Source of the DNA: an archaeon
GTDB taxonomy: Archaea > Nanobdellota > Nanobdellia > Woesearchaeales > GW2011-AR9
Direction of reading: 5' to 3'
DNA length: 64,000 nt
Assembly: GCA_043812455.1 (NCBI GenBank)
Contig: JBDRMB010000039.1
Span: 12,736-76,735 of the forward strand
In this document: piece by piece, positions 26,515 through 36,766 of the stretch
How the letters are laid out: each line of letters begins with the position of its first letter
Position numbering within the stretch: the stretch's first letter is position 1
Made by a program: the position numbers and the translations under genes
The notes under the pieces: generated by a model
Told to the model about the DNA's origin: nothing
Database searches by the model: none
What the model saw: only the letters and a program-made list of their open reading frames with translations

Positions 26515-27453
26515 TTACTCTTTTTCTGCTAAATATCTTTCAACTTCAATTGCTGCCATGCAACCGCTACCTGCCGCAGTTATTGCTTGCCTGAAAACGT
26601 GATCTTGAACATCACCACATGCAAATACCCCTTCTTTACTAGTGACTGTTGAGTTTGCTTTCGTAACAATATAAGCTTTTTGGTCAAGTTCCAACTGATC
26701 TTTGAACAAATTAGTATTAGGTTTATGGCCAATTGAAATGAAAACTCCTTGACATTCTAATGTGCTTGTTTCTCCAGTTTGAATATCTTTCAATTTCAAA
26801 CCAGTTACTGAAGTATCTCCCAAAACTTCTTCTACAGTTGCATTAAATCTAAATTCAATTTTTGGATTGTTTTTCGCTTTTTCTTGCATGATCTTAGAAG
26901 CTCTTAATTCTTCTCTTCTATGAACTATTGTAACTTTTGAAGTAAACCTTGTTAAAAAATTAGCTTCTTCCATTGCAGAATCTCCACCACCAATAACCGC
27001 AATTTCCTTATCTTTAAAAAACGGGCCATCACAAGTTGCACAAGCAGAGACACCACGTCCTTTCATTTTCTCTTCAGATTCCAATCCTAACCATCTCGCA
27101 TCAGCACCGGTGGCAATAATCAATGTTTGCGTAAGCAAAGTTTTATCTCCTGCTTTAACTTCAAACGGTTGTTGAGCTAAATTCACACTATCAACATTAG
27201 TTGTCAAGAATTCAGTGCCAAACCTTTGAGCTTGTTGTTTCATGTTTACGATCAGTTGTGGACCAGTAACCTTTTCTCCAACACCAGGAAAATTTTCAAT
27301 GTCAGTAGTTCCCATTAACTGACCACCAGCTTGATATCCTTCGATTACTAAAGGTTTAAGTTCAGCACGGGAAGCATAAATTGCAGCAGTAAGCCCAGCA
27401 GGACCACCACCAATAATGATGACCTTGTGAATATTTTGATTGTCGTTTTCCAT
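26515..27453 (-). CDS. trxB: Thioredoxin-disulfide reductase
   Basis: IIIGGGPAGLTAAIYASRA, CATCDGPFFKDKEIAVIGGGDSAMEEA, GHKPNT, ACGDVQD..RQAITAAGSG. Confidence 0.9.
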   Translation of the reverse strand: MENDNQNIHKVIIIGGGPAGLTAAIYASRAELKPLVIEGYQAGGQLMGTTDIENFPGVGEKVTGPQLIVNMKQQAQRFGTEFLTTNVDSVNLAQQPFEVKAGDKTLLTQTLIIATGADARWLGLESEEKMKGRGVSACATCDGPFFKDKEIAVIGGGDSAMEEANFLTRFTSKVTIVHRREELRASKIMQEKAKNNPKIEFRFNATVEEVLGDTSVTGLKLKDIQTGETSTLECQGVFISIGHKPNTNLFKDQLELDQKAYIVTKANSTVTSKEGVFACGDVQDHVFRQAITAAGSGCMAAIEVERYLAEKE

Positions 27454-27567
27454 TATCTACTTGAAATGTATTTACTTTAAAAAGATTTCTAAGCCTTGTT
27501 TAAGTCGTTTTTTACTTTCTAGTGACTAAGAAAGCTTATAATTAGAAAATACTTTAAAAATAGGACT

Positions 27568-28380
27568 ATGCAATTCAAGATTCAGACGAAAGTAGATGAG
27601 AACCTACAGCGGTATCCTAGTGATGATTTACGTATTGCAGATTTGTTCACTAAAAAACTTAAGAACGAATTACAAGATTTCTTAGTTGGAGTTGTAATGT
27701 TCGGAAGTAGTGCCCGTAGAAATACTACTGAAAAGAGTGATATTGACATTTTAGTTATTGGTAATGATATGGACTTTCGGATGACTAAAGATTTTATTGA
27801 AACATATCGAATAATTATTGAGAACCTTATTGGAAAGACTTCTACCAGATTGCATGTAACTTCAATGACATTAGGATCATTCTGGGAATATGCCAGGGCA
27901 GGAGATCCAGTAGTTGTAAATATCTTAAGAGATGGTATTTCTCTCTACGATGAAGGTTTCTTCAGACCATTACAATCTTTGTTGAAAGATGGCAGAGTTA
28001 GACCAAGTCAAGAAAGTGTTTGGCGGTACTTTTCTAGGGCCCCAAAGACCCTAACAAATTCCAGGTGGCATTTATTACAAGCAACTTTAGATTTATATTG
28101 GGCAGTGATAGATTCTGCACATGCTGCGTTAATGAACAAAAATCAGATTCCACCTAGTCCAGAACATGTTTCTGACATGTTACGTGAAGTTTTTGTTAAA
28201 CATAGACAATTAGAAACAAAGTATGTGGAAACTATGAAAAGATTTTACAATTTGAGTAAGATGATTACTCATCGAGAGATTCAAGAGATTAAAGGTAAGG
28301 AGTACGAGCTTTACTTTGCTGAAGCTGTTGATTTTGTAAATAGAATGAAAAAGTTGATATACAAAGGTAATAACTATTAG
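27568..28380 (+). CDS. Pol-beta-superfamily nucleotidyltransferase domain fused to a helical (HEPN-like?) C-terminal domain
   Basis: GVVMFGSSARRNTTEKSDIDILVIG is the GS...DxD minimal nucleotidyltransferase motif. The C-terminal half is helical (LLQATLDLYWAVIDSAHAALM). Confidence 0.65.
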   Translation: MQFKIQTKVDENLQRYPSDDLRIADLFTKKLKNELQDFLVGVVMFGSSARRNTTEKSDIDILVIGNDMDFRMTKDFIETYRIIIENLIGKTSTRLHVTSMTLGSFWEYARAGDPVVVNILRDGISLYDEGFFRPLQSLLKDGRVRPSQESVWRYFSRAPKTLTNSRWHLLQATLDLYWAVIDSAHAALMNKNQIPPSPEHVSDMLREVFVKHRQLETKYVETMKRFYNLSKMITHREIQEIKGKEYELYFAEAVDFVNRMKKLIYKGNNY

Positions 28381-28398
28381 TTCTGAGATAAAGTGTAA

Positions 28399-29460
28399 TT
28401 ACAATTTTAAATGTGCGTAAGGGTTAATTGGATATTCTTTAAACAGTTCTATGCTTGGTCTTACTCCTCTCCTCGGTCTTAAATTCAATCCCAAAAGATC
28501 ATTAGGAGTATTGAACATCAGATCCATAATTTCATTGTCGCTAAAACCTTCTTTTTTTAGTATTCCCTGCATCATAGCCATAATGGGAATTCCAGGTAAC
28601 CCAGACATATGCCTTTTGAGTTTGTCTTCTAAAGTATGTGGTGCGTGATCTGATTCAATAATGTCAATTTTCCCTTGACGTAAAAGTGACATCATCGTAT
28701 GATTTCTTAACGGAGGATTAACTTTGTAAAGAATGCCATCTTCTCCAGCCATCATTTCTGAAGTTAAAAGTAAATGATGAGGAGTAACTCCGCAAGTAAC
28801 TAAAACTTTGTCAACAGAATTATCAATTAGTTCTACAGATGCTTTTGTAGAAACGTGAGCAATATGTAAATGCCCCCTAAAATTAAAACGATCGGCAAGA
28901 TAAATCTGCTGACCAACAGAAAAAGATTCTGCAATTTCAGGTCTGGCATTACAATGGCTCATCGATTTATTTGGATTCCAACGGTCTGGTTTCATATAAG
29001 ACTCTTCTTCACAATGAACAACTAGCAAACCACGATAACGCTTATTAGCTAAAGTCTGATATACTTTCTCTTGACCTATACTGGTTTTTACTGCTAAGTC
29101 TCCAACTGACTCTCCAGCAAACAATTTTAAGCCAACAACGCCAACTTGTTGTCCATCCTTTAACCTGAACTCGTCGTAAATATCAACAGCATTAGCAATC
29201 TGCCTGGGATTAGAAGTTAAACCAACATACAAACCATAAACAACATCACACTTTTCTTTTTCAGACAATTTCCTAATTGCCCGTTCTGCAATTCTTAACC
29301 TTTCTCGCACTAATTTTTTAGTAATCGTTGGTGGGTTATTGTTAGGCATATCACAAAGAGCAGAGTAACCAGCATTGCATGCTACATAGAGAGCATGTTC
29401 TATGGTCTCTTTACTTTTCCATTTACCGTCACGGCAATGTGTGTGGATGTCAATAATCAT
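28399..29460 (-). CDS. pyrC: Dihydroorotase-like amidohydrolase
   Basis: Starts MIIDIHTHCRDG (metal-binding HxH). Also LLVVHCEE, HIAHVST and IESDHAPH. It follows pyrF in the same operon. The track start at 29568 overlaps pyrF and is rejected. Confidence 0.75.
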   Translation of the reverse strand: MIIDIHTHCRDGKWKSKETIEHALYVACNAGYSALCDMPNNNPPTITKKLVRERLRIAERAIRKLSEKEKCDVVYGLYVGLTSNPRQIANAVDIYDEFRLKDGQQVGVVGLKLFAGESVGDLAVKTSIGQEKVYQTLANKRYRGLLVVHCEEESYMKPDRWNPNKSMSHCNARPEIAESFSVGQQIYLADRFNFRGHLHIAHVSTKASVELIDNSVDKVLVTCGVTPHHLLLTSEMMAGEDGILYKVNPPLRNHTMMSLLRQGKIDIIESDHAPHTLEDKLKRHMSGLPGIPIMAMMQGILKKEGFSDNEIMDLMFNTPNDLLGLNLRPRRGVRPSIELFKEYPINPYAHLKL

Positions 29461-29479
29461 TTTAAGGAAAAAGAAAAAA

Positions 29480-30391
29480 TTAAAGATATTTTGCCATATC
29501 TTGCAGCACTTCATATCCCGCAAGTAATCTTCCTTCTGCAGTATCAGGTCTGGTGATTGCTCTTCCAATTACAAGAATACTAGAACCATCTTCAACTGCA
29601 TGACCGGGTGTGAAAACTCTTGCTTGATCTTCTCCAGCGGGAGTATTAGGTCCTTTAATTCCCGGAGTTACATACAAAAAATCATTAGGCAAATGTTCTC
29701 TTACAGCATGAAGGTCTGCTGCAGAACATACTATCCCATCAAGTCCACAATCTCTACTCATCAAAGCCAAATTGAGAACTTGTTGTTCTACAACATCACA
29801 CCTGTAACCTCTTTCATCTTCAATAGTTAAGTCACCATAACCCATTTCATCTAAAAGGCCCGCAAAACTTTCTTGTTTTTCGTGTTCATCAGATTTCATT
29901 CCAAAATAGGGCATCAAATCTTCTGCATTCAATTCTGAAACTAGTGATCTATTGATGTCCAGATATTCTGCAGGACCAATACTAGTTAAAACAGTAACCC
30001 CAATAACATTTGGTTTTGGAATGCCATATTCTTTCATAGCTTTTAGGGCACCTTCAACAGCTGCTTCCATCATTGCTCTGCCACCAGAAGCATGGACGTT
30101 AAATACCCATGATAATTTTTCAGTTGCAGCTCCACTTGCCCCTTTTACAGTATTTGGGATATCGTGATATTTTAAATCTAAGAAAACATTTGCCCCGTGA
30201 TCTTGCACCATTTTTACAATGTCTGGACCAAATCTGGTATAGGACTCTTTACCAACTTTGAATAATCCAACTACAGGACCTAGTTCTTTTACTCTTGTTT
30301 CAGCATCGTCAAACGTAGCTAAACCATCTAATGGTAAGCAAACCATTTTCCGAGCTTCTTGTTCTTTTGCTGTTAATTCATCCATTTTCAT
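29480..30391 (-). CDS. pyrF: Orotidine 5'-phosphate decarboxylase
   Basis: VGLFKVG, FLDLKYHDIPNTV, VHASGG, TPGI. There is a 4-nt overlap with the upstream gene. Confidence 0.85.
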   Translation of the reverse strand: MKMDELTAKEQEARKMVCLPLDGLATFDDAETRVKELGPVVGLFKVGKESYTRFGPDIVKMVQDHGANVFLDLKYHDIPNTVKGASGAATEKLSWVFNVHASGGRAMMEAAVEGALKAMKEYGIPKPNVIGVTVLTSIGPAEYLDINRSLVSELNAEDLMPYFGMKSDEHEKQESFAGLLDEMGYGDLTIEDERGYRCDVVEQQVLNLALMSRDCGLDGIVCSAADLHAVREHLPNDFLYVTPGIKGPNTPAGEDQARVFTPGHAVEDGSSILVIGRAITRPDTAEGRLLAGYEVLQDMAKYL

Positions 30392-31344
30392 TTCCCTCCA
30401 ACTACAACTATTTCATCTAAAGGTTTGCCAAACTGTTCTAGAACAGCAGCTTCTAATCCTTTCATCCTGCCAGCATCTTTCAGAATATGACTATGATGCT
30501 CTAAGAACCTCCTTGCCCTAACTAGATTTTTTCCATTTGGATCAAAATTAGCAATAAAAGCAAGAGCGCCGTTCTCTCTTAAGTATTGTTCAGACCAAGC
30601 ATCAGGATCTTTTTTATAGGCAACAGCTCTTTCTGGATTTTTTGAATGTTTGCGTAAGAAATCTTCATCGATGAAAACCAAAGAATTGCTTTGAACATTC
30701 CCTTGTGCTAAATTCTCTTCTCCACCTTGTAATCTACTTACAACTGTAAACGAATTATCTACTGTAACGCCGGCTGCCCTCAACATCGGAACCCAACCAG
30801 TAGATGGATTTTCAAGAGGACTATAAGTACTTGAACCAGAAGTTATCAAATCGCCGATATGTACAGCATAAGATTTTCTTAATCTAGGTTCTAATTCGGC
30901 TTCACCAGGACCATAAATTAATTCTATTTTACCATCTTTGTAAAGAGAAATATGTGGGATAGCCAACCTTGCAGCTACTGGTCCTGAGAATAACCAATCT
31001 CTAGTTTGACCGCCAGCAATTGCAACTTCTTCGTATCTGTCAGACAATAACGGTTTTACCCGTTCTGTTAAAGCATCAATAATCTCAGCAAAAGTAGGTT
31101 CTGCAAATTCTCTTTCAAGAGCATAATTTAACATTGCTAAAGAATCATTTTCATGCTTTTTATACGCATTGCCATCTCTCAAAGTCAGTTCAGTATTGCT
31201 ATAATAAATACCTATCTTTCCAGAAGCTAAAAGCAAAGGTTCCTTATCACTATATGCCCCACTGTCTGATACTATTTGAGCTACTCTTGGATCACTTCTC
31301 ATAATAAAAACACCCCCAATTAATTGAGAAAAGTAATTTATCAT
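30388..31344 (-). CDS. Type I phosphoribosyltransferase, probably a divergent long orotate PRTase
   Basis: The PRPP loop AVHIGDLITSGSST and LLLASGKIGIYYSN resemble the OPRT F.L.SG..S.yY motif. Operon position is upstream of pyrF-pyrC. At 318 aa it is longer than canonical PyrE. Confidence 0.55.
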   Translation of the reverse strand: MINYFSQLIGGVFIMRSDPRVAQIVSDSGAYSDKEPLLLASGKIGIYYSNTELTLRDGNAYKKHENDSLAMLNYALEREFAEPTFAEIIDALTERVKPLLSDRYEEVAIAGGQTRDWLFSGPVAARLAIPHISLYKDGKIELIYGPGEAELEPRLRKSYAVHIGDLITSGSSTYSPLENPSTGWVPMLRAAGVTVDNSFTVVSRLQGGEENLAQGNVQSNSLVFIDEDFLRKHSKNPERAVAYKKDPDAWSEQYLRENGALAFIANFDPNGKNLVRARRFLEHHSHILKDAGRMKGLEAAVLEQFGKPLDEIVVVGGK

Positions 31345-31453
31345 TATTTATATACTTGTACCCAGTCAATAACCAGAATTAGAAAATATATATCGCAATT
31401 GTAATAATTATTTAAACGTAAAAATAATACTATAAAGTTCCTTCTAAAAAAAA

Positions 31454-32302
31454 CTAATAACAACAAAATTTTTCTTTCATACTGATCAACTTGTAAACCA
31501 ACTTCGCTAAAGAATAAGCTTCTGCAGTGTAATTCTCATTCGGAGCAAACTCCACCACGCCTGCACCAATAACTTCTTTCTGCTCAAAAATAAGTTTTAG
31601 CAAATCAATCATTGTGTACCAATCTAAGCCGCCAGGTTCAGGAGTACCGGTATTTCTGATAAAAGCAGGATCAAAGACATCAACATCAATGGAAATGTAA
31701 ACTTTGTTTTTTAATTTAGGTAGAATCTCCTTGAGTTTATCCCTTAAGTTTTCAAAAGCGTACACTGCATGAATATTATCACTCTTCTCAATTATATCAG
31801 CTTCGTCTTTATCCAAAGATCGCAAGCCCACAATTGCAACATCATGTTTACCAGAAGCATAACTATTAACACACCTATGATTAAATCTAGAATCGTTCCA
31901 GGAATAAAACATATCTGCATGTGCATCAAACACAATTACAGAAAATTCTTCATTACTTTGTTCAAGACCTTGTAAAGTACCAATAGTTACGGAATGGTCT
32001 CCACCTACAGTAATTAAGAATTTGTTATTAAGCTTAATAACTTCCTGCGCAACTTTACTAACCATCTCTTCAGGACTAACTTCAGCTAACTCCAAACTTG
32101 GAAGAAGCTTAATCCCTTGCGCAAAAGCTTCGTTCTTGAACTGTTCGTCATAATATTCTAACTGGTATGAAGCACGAACAATCTCTTTACTACCATTGAC
32201 TGCACCTTTACCTGCAGTAACATTACCTTCATACTCAATTGGCAAGATGAAAAATTTAGTTTCATCTCCAGCGTACTCTTCCGGCAAGTTCATGAAGTTC
32301 AT
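31454..32302 (-). CDS. speB: Agmatinase (arginase/ureohydrolase family)
   Basis: GGDHSVTIG, VIVFDAHADM, SIDVDVFDPAF..GTPEPGGL. The ATG at 32302 overlaps the upstream TGA (ATGA). Confidence 0.85.
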   Translation of the reverse strand: MNFMNLPEEYAGDETKFFILPIEYEGNVTAGKGAVNGSKEIVRASYQLEYYDEQFKNEAFAQGIKLLPSLELAEVSPEEMVSKVAQEVIKLNNKFLITVGGDHSVTIGTLQGLEQSNEEFSVIVFDAHADMFYSWNDSRFNHRCVNSYASGKHDVAIVGLRSLDKDEADIIEKSDNIHAVYAFENLRDKLKEILPKLKNKVYISIDVDVFDPAFIRNTGTPEPGGLDWYTMIDLLKLIFEQKEVIGAGVVEFAPNENYTAEAYSLAKLVYKLISMKEKFCCY

Positions 32303-33369
32303 TCTATGATCTCCGTTTCTAATTTTTCCAAATCGCAAAAGTCAGATGCAAAATTATAAGCACCAGCGTTGATGAAAACAAGCTTATCGCCAACTTTTGG
32401 ATTGTCCAGATAAACTCTATATCTAAACAAATCTACTGAACAAGGGGTACTACCTTTAACAACATATGGTTTAGCATTCTTTTCAGCAGCTACTTCTTTG
32501 CTAAGCTCATTTCTGACCAATAACTTAACAGGAACAATTACGGCGTCCATATCTGAATTGTAAATTGAAGCATTAACAATTATGTTATTTTCATAAATGG
32601 CAATAATTTCTGTAATCAATTTTCCAGCAGGAGCCGCAATGAATCTTCCAGGTTCAAGCATTAATCTGATATTACGTTCATGCAAATAAGTTTTAAGTTC
32701 TTCGATCTTACGAAATACGGAATTGATTACATCAACATTTGTATTAGCATACATCGAAGGGAACCCACCACCGATGTTCATTATATTGATTGCGCTTAAC
32801 ACTTCTTCAGAAAACATTTGAGAAACTTCATAGACCAGGTTCCATTCAGCCATATTTTGGGTTTTTCTGTGAAAGTGTATTCCTAATGAAGATATTTTAG
32901 GATGACCTTTCAATCCCAGAATCCTTTTACTAACTGTTTCTGAGGGCATCCCAAACACAAAATAACGTTCTGTTTTCAAAGTGTTCTCTTTTAGTTTAAC
33001 ACGCAGCATTAATTCAATTTTAAAATCAGCATTATGAACATTATTAACAACCTCTATTTCCAAATACGTTAGTAAAATATCTAAATCAGTTTCGTTATCA
33101 ACAGCAAACCTAAATATCCCTTGCCTAACTAACTCAGAAATAAGTTTATGGTTCCAACCTTGCGCTAAAAATAAGACTCTACTTTTATCTTTGATATGCT
33201 TTAGTTCATTGAACATATGAACACTGAACAAACAGTTAACATTTTCTTCCAAGATTAGAGTCGCATCTGGGTTAGTTTTAGAACTGTATGAAACGATGTC
33301 AGCAGCAGTTTCAATTATCTTGTACTGCTCAAGGATTTTACTTTTTGATAATGTAAATTTTGCTTTCAT
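32299..33369 (-). CDS. PLP-dependent (alanine-racemase-fold) basic amino acid decarboxylase (arginine/ornithine/lysine decarboxylase-like)
   Basis: SYSSKTNP (PLP lysine region), HFHRKTQ, NIGGGFP, EPGRFIAAPAG. The ATG at 33369 lies 1 nt after the upstream stop. Confidence 0.75.
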   Translation of the reverse strand: MKAKFTLSKSKILEQYKIIETAADIVSYSSKTNPDATLILEENVNCLFSVHMFNELKHIKDKSRVLFLAQGWNHKLISELVRQGIFRFAVDNETDLDILLTYLEIEVVNNVHNADFKIELMLRVKLKENTLKTERYFVFGMPSETVSKRILGLKGHPKISSLGIHFHRKTQNMAEWNLVYEVSQMFSEEVLSAINIMNIGGGFPSMYANTNVDVINSVFRKIEELKTYLHERNIRLMLEPGRFIAAPAGKLITEIIAIYENNIIVNASIYNSDMDAVIVPVKLLVRNELSKEVAAEKNAKPYVVKGSTPCSVDLFRYRVYLDNPKVGDKLVFINAGAYNFASDFCDLEKLETEIIE

Positions 33370-33370
33370 T

Positions 33371-33838
33371 TTATAAGTAACAAACCTCCGGTTTATATCT
33401 TTCAAAAGAAGATCTTATTTCTTCTTCTCTTTGGCAAGCAACATAGGTTAAATGAACTTCAGCTATGCAAGTTAATTGTAAATTTCTTTCAATATGATAC
33501 AGGTCATCTTGGTGTTCTGCTTTTTCAATATTAGGATATTGATCCTTTTCTAAAGTGATTATTATTCCTCCCTTGCCTGGCTGTTCATGATGCCCAGAAT
33601 AGATTTTTGCTCTTGCAAGATTAATAGTAAAATGAACATATCTTTGCTCTTTCCCCATGATGAAATCTAAAGCTCTATCTTCAATAGATTTTCCTTTTAA
33701 TAACCAATCTTGAAGTGCTGGATTCTCATCAAAGGCTTTTCTTAACCTTTCACAATGTAAATCCCAATTAGATCTTACCACCCCCTCTTCAGCCAATAAT
33801 AAGGCATTATGTACGCTCATTCCATGGTATAATTTCAT
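33371..33838 (-). CDS. Hypothetical 155-aa protein embedded in the deoxyhypusine/polyamine operon
   Basis: Its ATG overlaps the dys stop (ATGA), and its stop is 1 nt before the decarboxylase ATG. No recognisable family. Has KLYHG at the N-terminus and several His/Glu clusters (GHHEQ, AEHQ, YHIE). Confidence 0.6.
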   Translation of the reverse strand: MKLYHGMSVHNALLLAEEGVVRSNWDLHCERLRKAFDENPALQDWLLKGKSIEDRALDFIMGKEQRYVHFTINLARAKIYSGHHEQPGKGGIIITLEKDQYPNIEKAEHQDDLYHIERNLQLTCIAEVHLTYVACQREEEIRSSFERYKPEVCYL

Positions 33839-34776
33839 TCTCTCAACAACCCATCTTGTTTTAGTTCTTCGAGAGCACGAATCATCGCCAATGGAAACAT
33901 GATCGTAACATCGCCAATGACTGTTGCAATGTCACCATCATCCTTCACCTTACCCCAGGACTTAGCCTCACTGGTTGTAGCACCAGACATACTGCCTGAA
34001 GTTTTATGTGCAGTAGTCATGTACACAGCATATTCTGCTCCACCATTCAAGAGAGTACAAAGAATAGCGTGATGTTTAGATATACTTCCACCTAGTGCAA
34101 TCACTGCTTTCTTATCATCATGAGTGCTAGTAAACAAAATATTACCAAAATCTTTCACAACGTCAATTACAAAATCTTTATGTTTCTGTTGAAATAGGTA
34201 TAAATGAAATCCTAACGCTCCGTCAGTGATTGCCGGGCAGAAAATAGGAACATTATTCTTTGCAGCTTGGTACAAGATAGAATTTTCATCGTCAAGCATT
34301 AAACCAATCTCCCTTAGTAAGTCAGAAACTGCCCAACGGTTTTGTTTTTCATACAATTTGTCTAACATCGGCATCAAAAGATCTTCAAAATTCATGTAAC
34401 TTTCATTCTTGATCATTAAATTTCCAACCCTGTTGACACCTTGCTCATGCAATTCCACATCATCAACTTCAAAACTGCCTACAGAAAACTTTTCTCCTTT
34501 AGCTTTCATGATATCCTCTTCCAAACCACCAGCAGTCGTCACAATAACATCTGCCATTCCGAGTTTGATGATTTGTGCAAAGAAACCTCTCAAACCAGAA
34601 GTTACCATATTAGAAGTAAATGTTAAGAAGATTTTAGCACCATTCTTTTTCATTTTAACAATGACATCGCTAGCTTTCTTTAGTTCTACACTTTGAAAAC
34701 CTACTTGACCTAATTTAATGACTAGATCGTTAACACTCATTCCTTGTTCCCATTGAAAATCTTGTACATATGACAT
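33835..34776 (-). CDS. dys: Deoxyhypusine synthase
   Basis: IFLTFTSNMVTSGLRG, TTAGGLEEDI, ALGGSISKHHAI, SGATTSEAKSWGK. Confidence 0.9.
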   Translation of the reverse strand: MSYVQDFQWEQGMSVNDLVIKLGQVGFQSVELKKASDVIVKMKKNGAKIFLTFTSNMVTSGLRGFFAQIIKLGMADVIVTTAGGLEEDIMKAKGEKFSVGSFEVDDVELHEQGVNRVGNLMIKNESYMNFEDLLMPMLDKLYEKQNRWAVSDLLREIGLMLDDENSILYQAAKNNVPIFCPAITDGALGFHLYLFQQKHKDFVIDVVKDFGNILFTSTHDDKKAVIALGGSISKHHAILCTLLNGGAEYAVYMTTAHKTSGSMSGATTSEAKSWGKVKDDGDIATVIGDVTIMFPLAMIRALEELKQDGLLRE

Positions 34777-35062
34777 TTGAATATAACCTCATTAAATTTT
34801 ATAGTTTAAAAAACACAACAAAAACAACCTAAACACTATCACCAAATAAAAATTGTAAAGAGAATTAAGTTTATGATCCAGAACCAAACCTAACAGTATT
34901 GTAAAGGGAACTTGTTCTTACTTTTCTAACCACAATGTTGTTGATCATAGTTTATATTAAAATAGGAGATTATTTATAAACGTTTTTACTAAAAACCCCT
35001 TTGGAAACCACACTAATCAAAAACAAAAAGGTTTAATAATTACTTCTTGTTTCTAATCTCTG

Positions 35063-36766
35063 ATGAAAGACATTATTCTCAAACATGCACTGAAAAATGC
35101 TTATGATTTTGATGGAAAAGTTAATCCAAAAGTTGTTCTGGGACAAGTTTTAAGAGATGATCCTGAACTGAAAAAGGAAGTGCCTAAAGTTCTCAAAGAA
35201 ATTGATGCTATTATCAAAGCAGAATTATCCGGAATTACTAAAGATAAAGCTAAAAAACAATTAGAAAAGTTAGCACCAGAACTGCTTAAAGAAAAGAAAG
35301 AAGATAAATTTGAAGGACCATTAAAACCACTTCCGGACGCAGTAAAAGGTAAAGTTGTTACCAGAATTGCGCCATCACCTTCCGGCCCATTACATGTTGG
35401 TCATGCTTATGGTGCTTCTTTAAATTATGAATATGCAAAGATGTACAATGGTAGGTTTATTGCTAGGATTGAAGATACTAATCCCGAAAACATTTACGAA
35501 CCAGCTTACGATTTGATTAAAGAAGATGCTAACTGGTTAAGTGATAATAATGTCAGTGAAGTCATAATTCAGTCTTCTAGGTTAGGTATTTATTATGATC
35601 ATGCCGAAAAGTTAGTTAACATGGGTAAGGCTTATGTTTGTACCTGTGATGCTGACCAATGGCGAGAAATGAAAAGTGAAAAGAAAGCTTGCCCGTGCCG
35701 AGATTTAGATAAGAAAGAAAACCTAACTAGATATGCAAAAATGTTTAATGAATATGCTGAAGGTGAAGCTGTTCTGCGACTTAAAACTGATATTGAACAC
35801 AAAAATCCAGCTATGCGAGATTTTTCTATTATGCGTATTAATGAACATGTTCATCCAAAAACTGGAAAGGAACAAAGAGTTTGGCCGTTGATGATACTTA
35901 GTGTAGCAATTGATGACCATGAGTTGGGTGTAACTCACGTCCTTAATGGTAAAGATCACCATGATAATGGAATTAAAGAAGCTTTAATCATGGAATACCT
36001 TGGTTGGAAAGCACCAGTGTATAAACATTGGGGCAGAATTAATTTTGAAGGTTTTAAATTAAGCACGACTAAAACCAAATTAGCAATCGAGCAAGGAGAA
36101 TATTCAGGTTGGGATGATATAAGATTAGTTACATTGATGGCCCTGAAAAGACGTGGGTATCAAGCAGGTGCATTTAGAAAATATGCAATTGAAATTGGCC
36201 TTAGTTTGAATGATAAAACCGTAACTATGGAAGAATTTTGGAAAAATATTAATTCCTTTAACAGAGAGTTAGTTGAACCTAAAGCTAATAGATATTTCTT
36301 TATTGACAAGCCTGTTGAAATTGTAATTGAAAATGCAATCGATAAAGTTGCAGAGATAGACTTGCATCCAGAATATCCTAAACGCGGCAAACGTAAATTG
36401 GCAGTTAAAGGTAAAGTTCATATTTCAGAATCTGATTTTAAACATTTAGGAGAAGGTGCTATGCACAGATTGATGGATTATTGTAATTTTGAAGTTAAAG
36501 GTAACAAATTTGTTTTTGTTTCAGAAGATTACAATGATTACCGGAATGCTAGTAATAAAGGTGTCATAATTCATTGGTTGCCAATTTGTAATAGAGTGAT
36601 TAATGTTGAAGTGTTGATGGAAAACAATAAAACCATTACTGGCTTAGGAGAAGAGGCATTATCTAACCTTAAAGTTGGAGATCTTGTTCAACTTGAAAGA
36701 AGATTTTTTGCACGTGTTGATAAAGTTAGTAAAAAGAAAGTTAATCTGTGGTATTTGCACAAATAG
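35063..36766 (+). CDS. gltX: Glutamyl-tRNA synthetase, archaeal/eukaryotic type
   Basis: RIAPSPSGPLHVGHA (HIGH), RIEDTNPE, class I catalytic core plus a C-terminal anticodon-binding beta-barrel region; 567 aa. Confidence 0.9.
   Translation: MKDIILKHALKNAYDFDGKVNPKVVLGQVLRDDPELKKEVPKVLKEIDAIIKAELSGITKDKAKKQLEKLAPELLKEKKEDKFEGPLKPLPDAVKGKVVTRIAPSPSGPLHVGHAYGASLNYEYAKMYNGRFIARIEDTNPENIYEPAYDLIKEDANWLSDNNVSEVIIQSSRLGIYYDHAEKLVNMGKAYVCTCDADQWREMKSEKKACPCRDLDKKENLTRYAKMFNEYAEGEAVLRLKTDIEHKNPAMRDFSIMRINEHVHPKTGKEQRVWPLMILSVAIDDHELGVTHVLNGKDHHDNGIKEALIMEYLGWKAPVYKHWGRINFEGFKLSTTKTKLAIEQGEYSGWDDIRLVTLMALKRRGYQAGAFRKYAIEIGLSLNDKTVTMEEFWKNINSFNRELVEPKANRYFFIDKPVEIVIENAIDKVAEIDLHPEYPKRGKRKLAVKGKVHISESDFKHLGEGAMHRLMDYCNFEVKGNKFVFVSEDYNDYRNASNKGVIIHWLPICNRVINVEVLMENNKTITGLGEEALSNLKVGDLVQLERRFFARVDKVSKKKVNLWYLHK

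Noticed and set aside
29461-29568. Track start of the dihydroorotase-like ORF at 29568
   Set aside because: The extra 36 codons overlap the 3' end of pyrF. MIIDIHTHC at 29460 is the canonical N-terminus of this amidohydrolase type.
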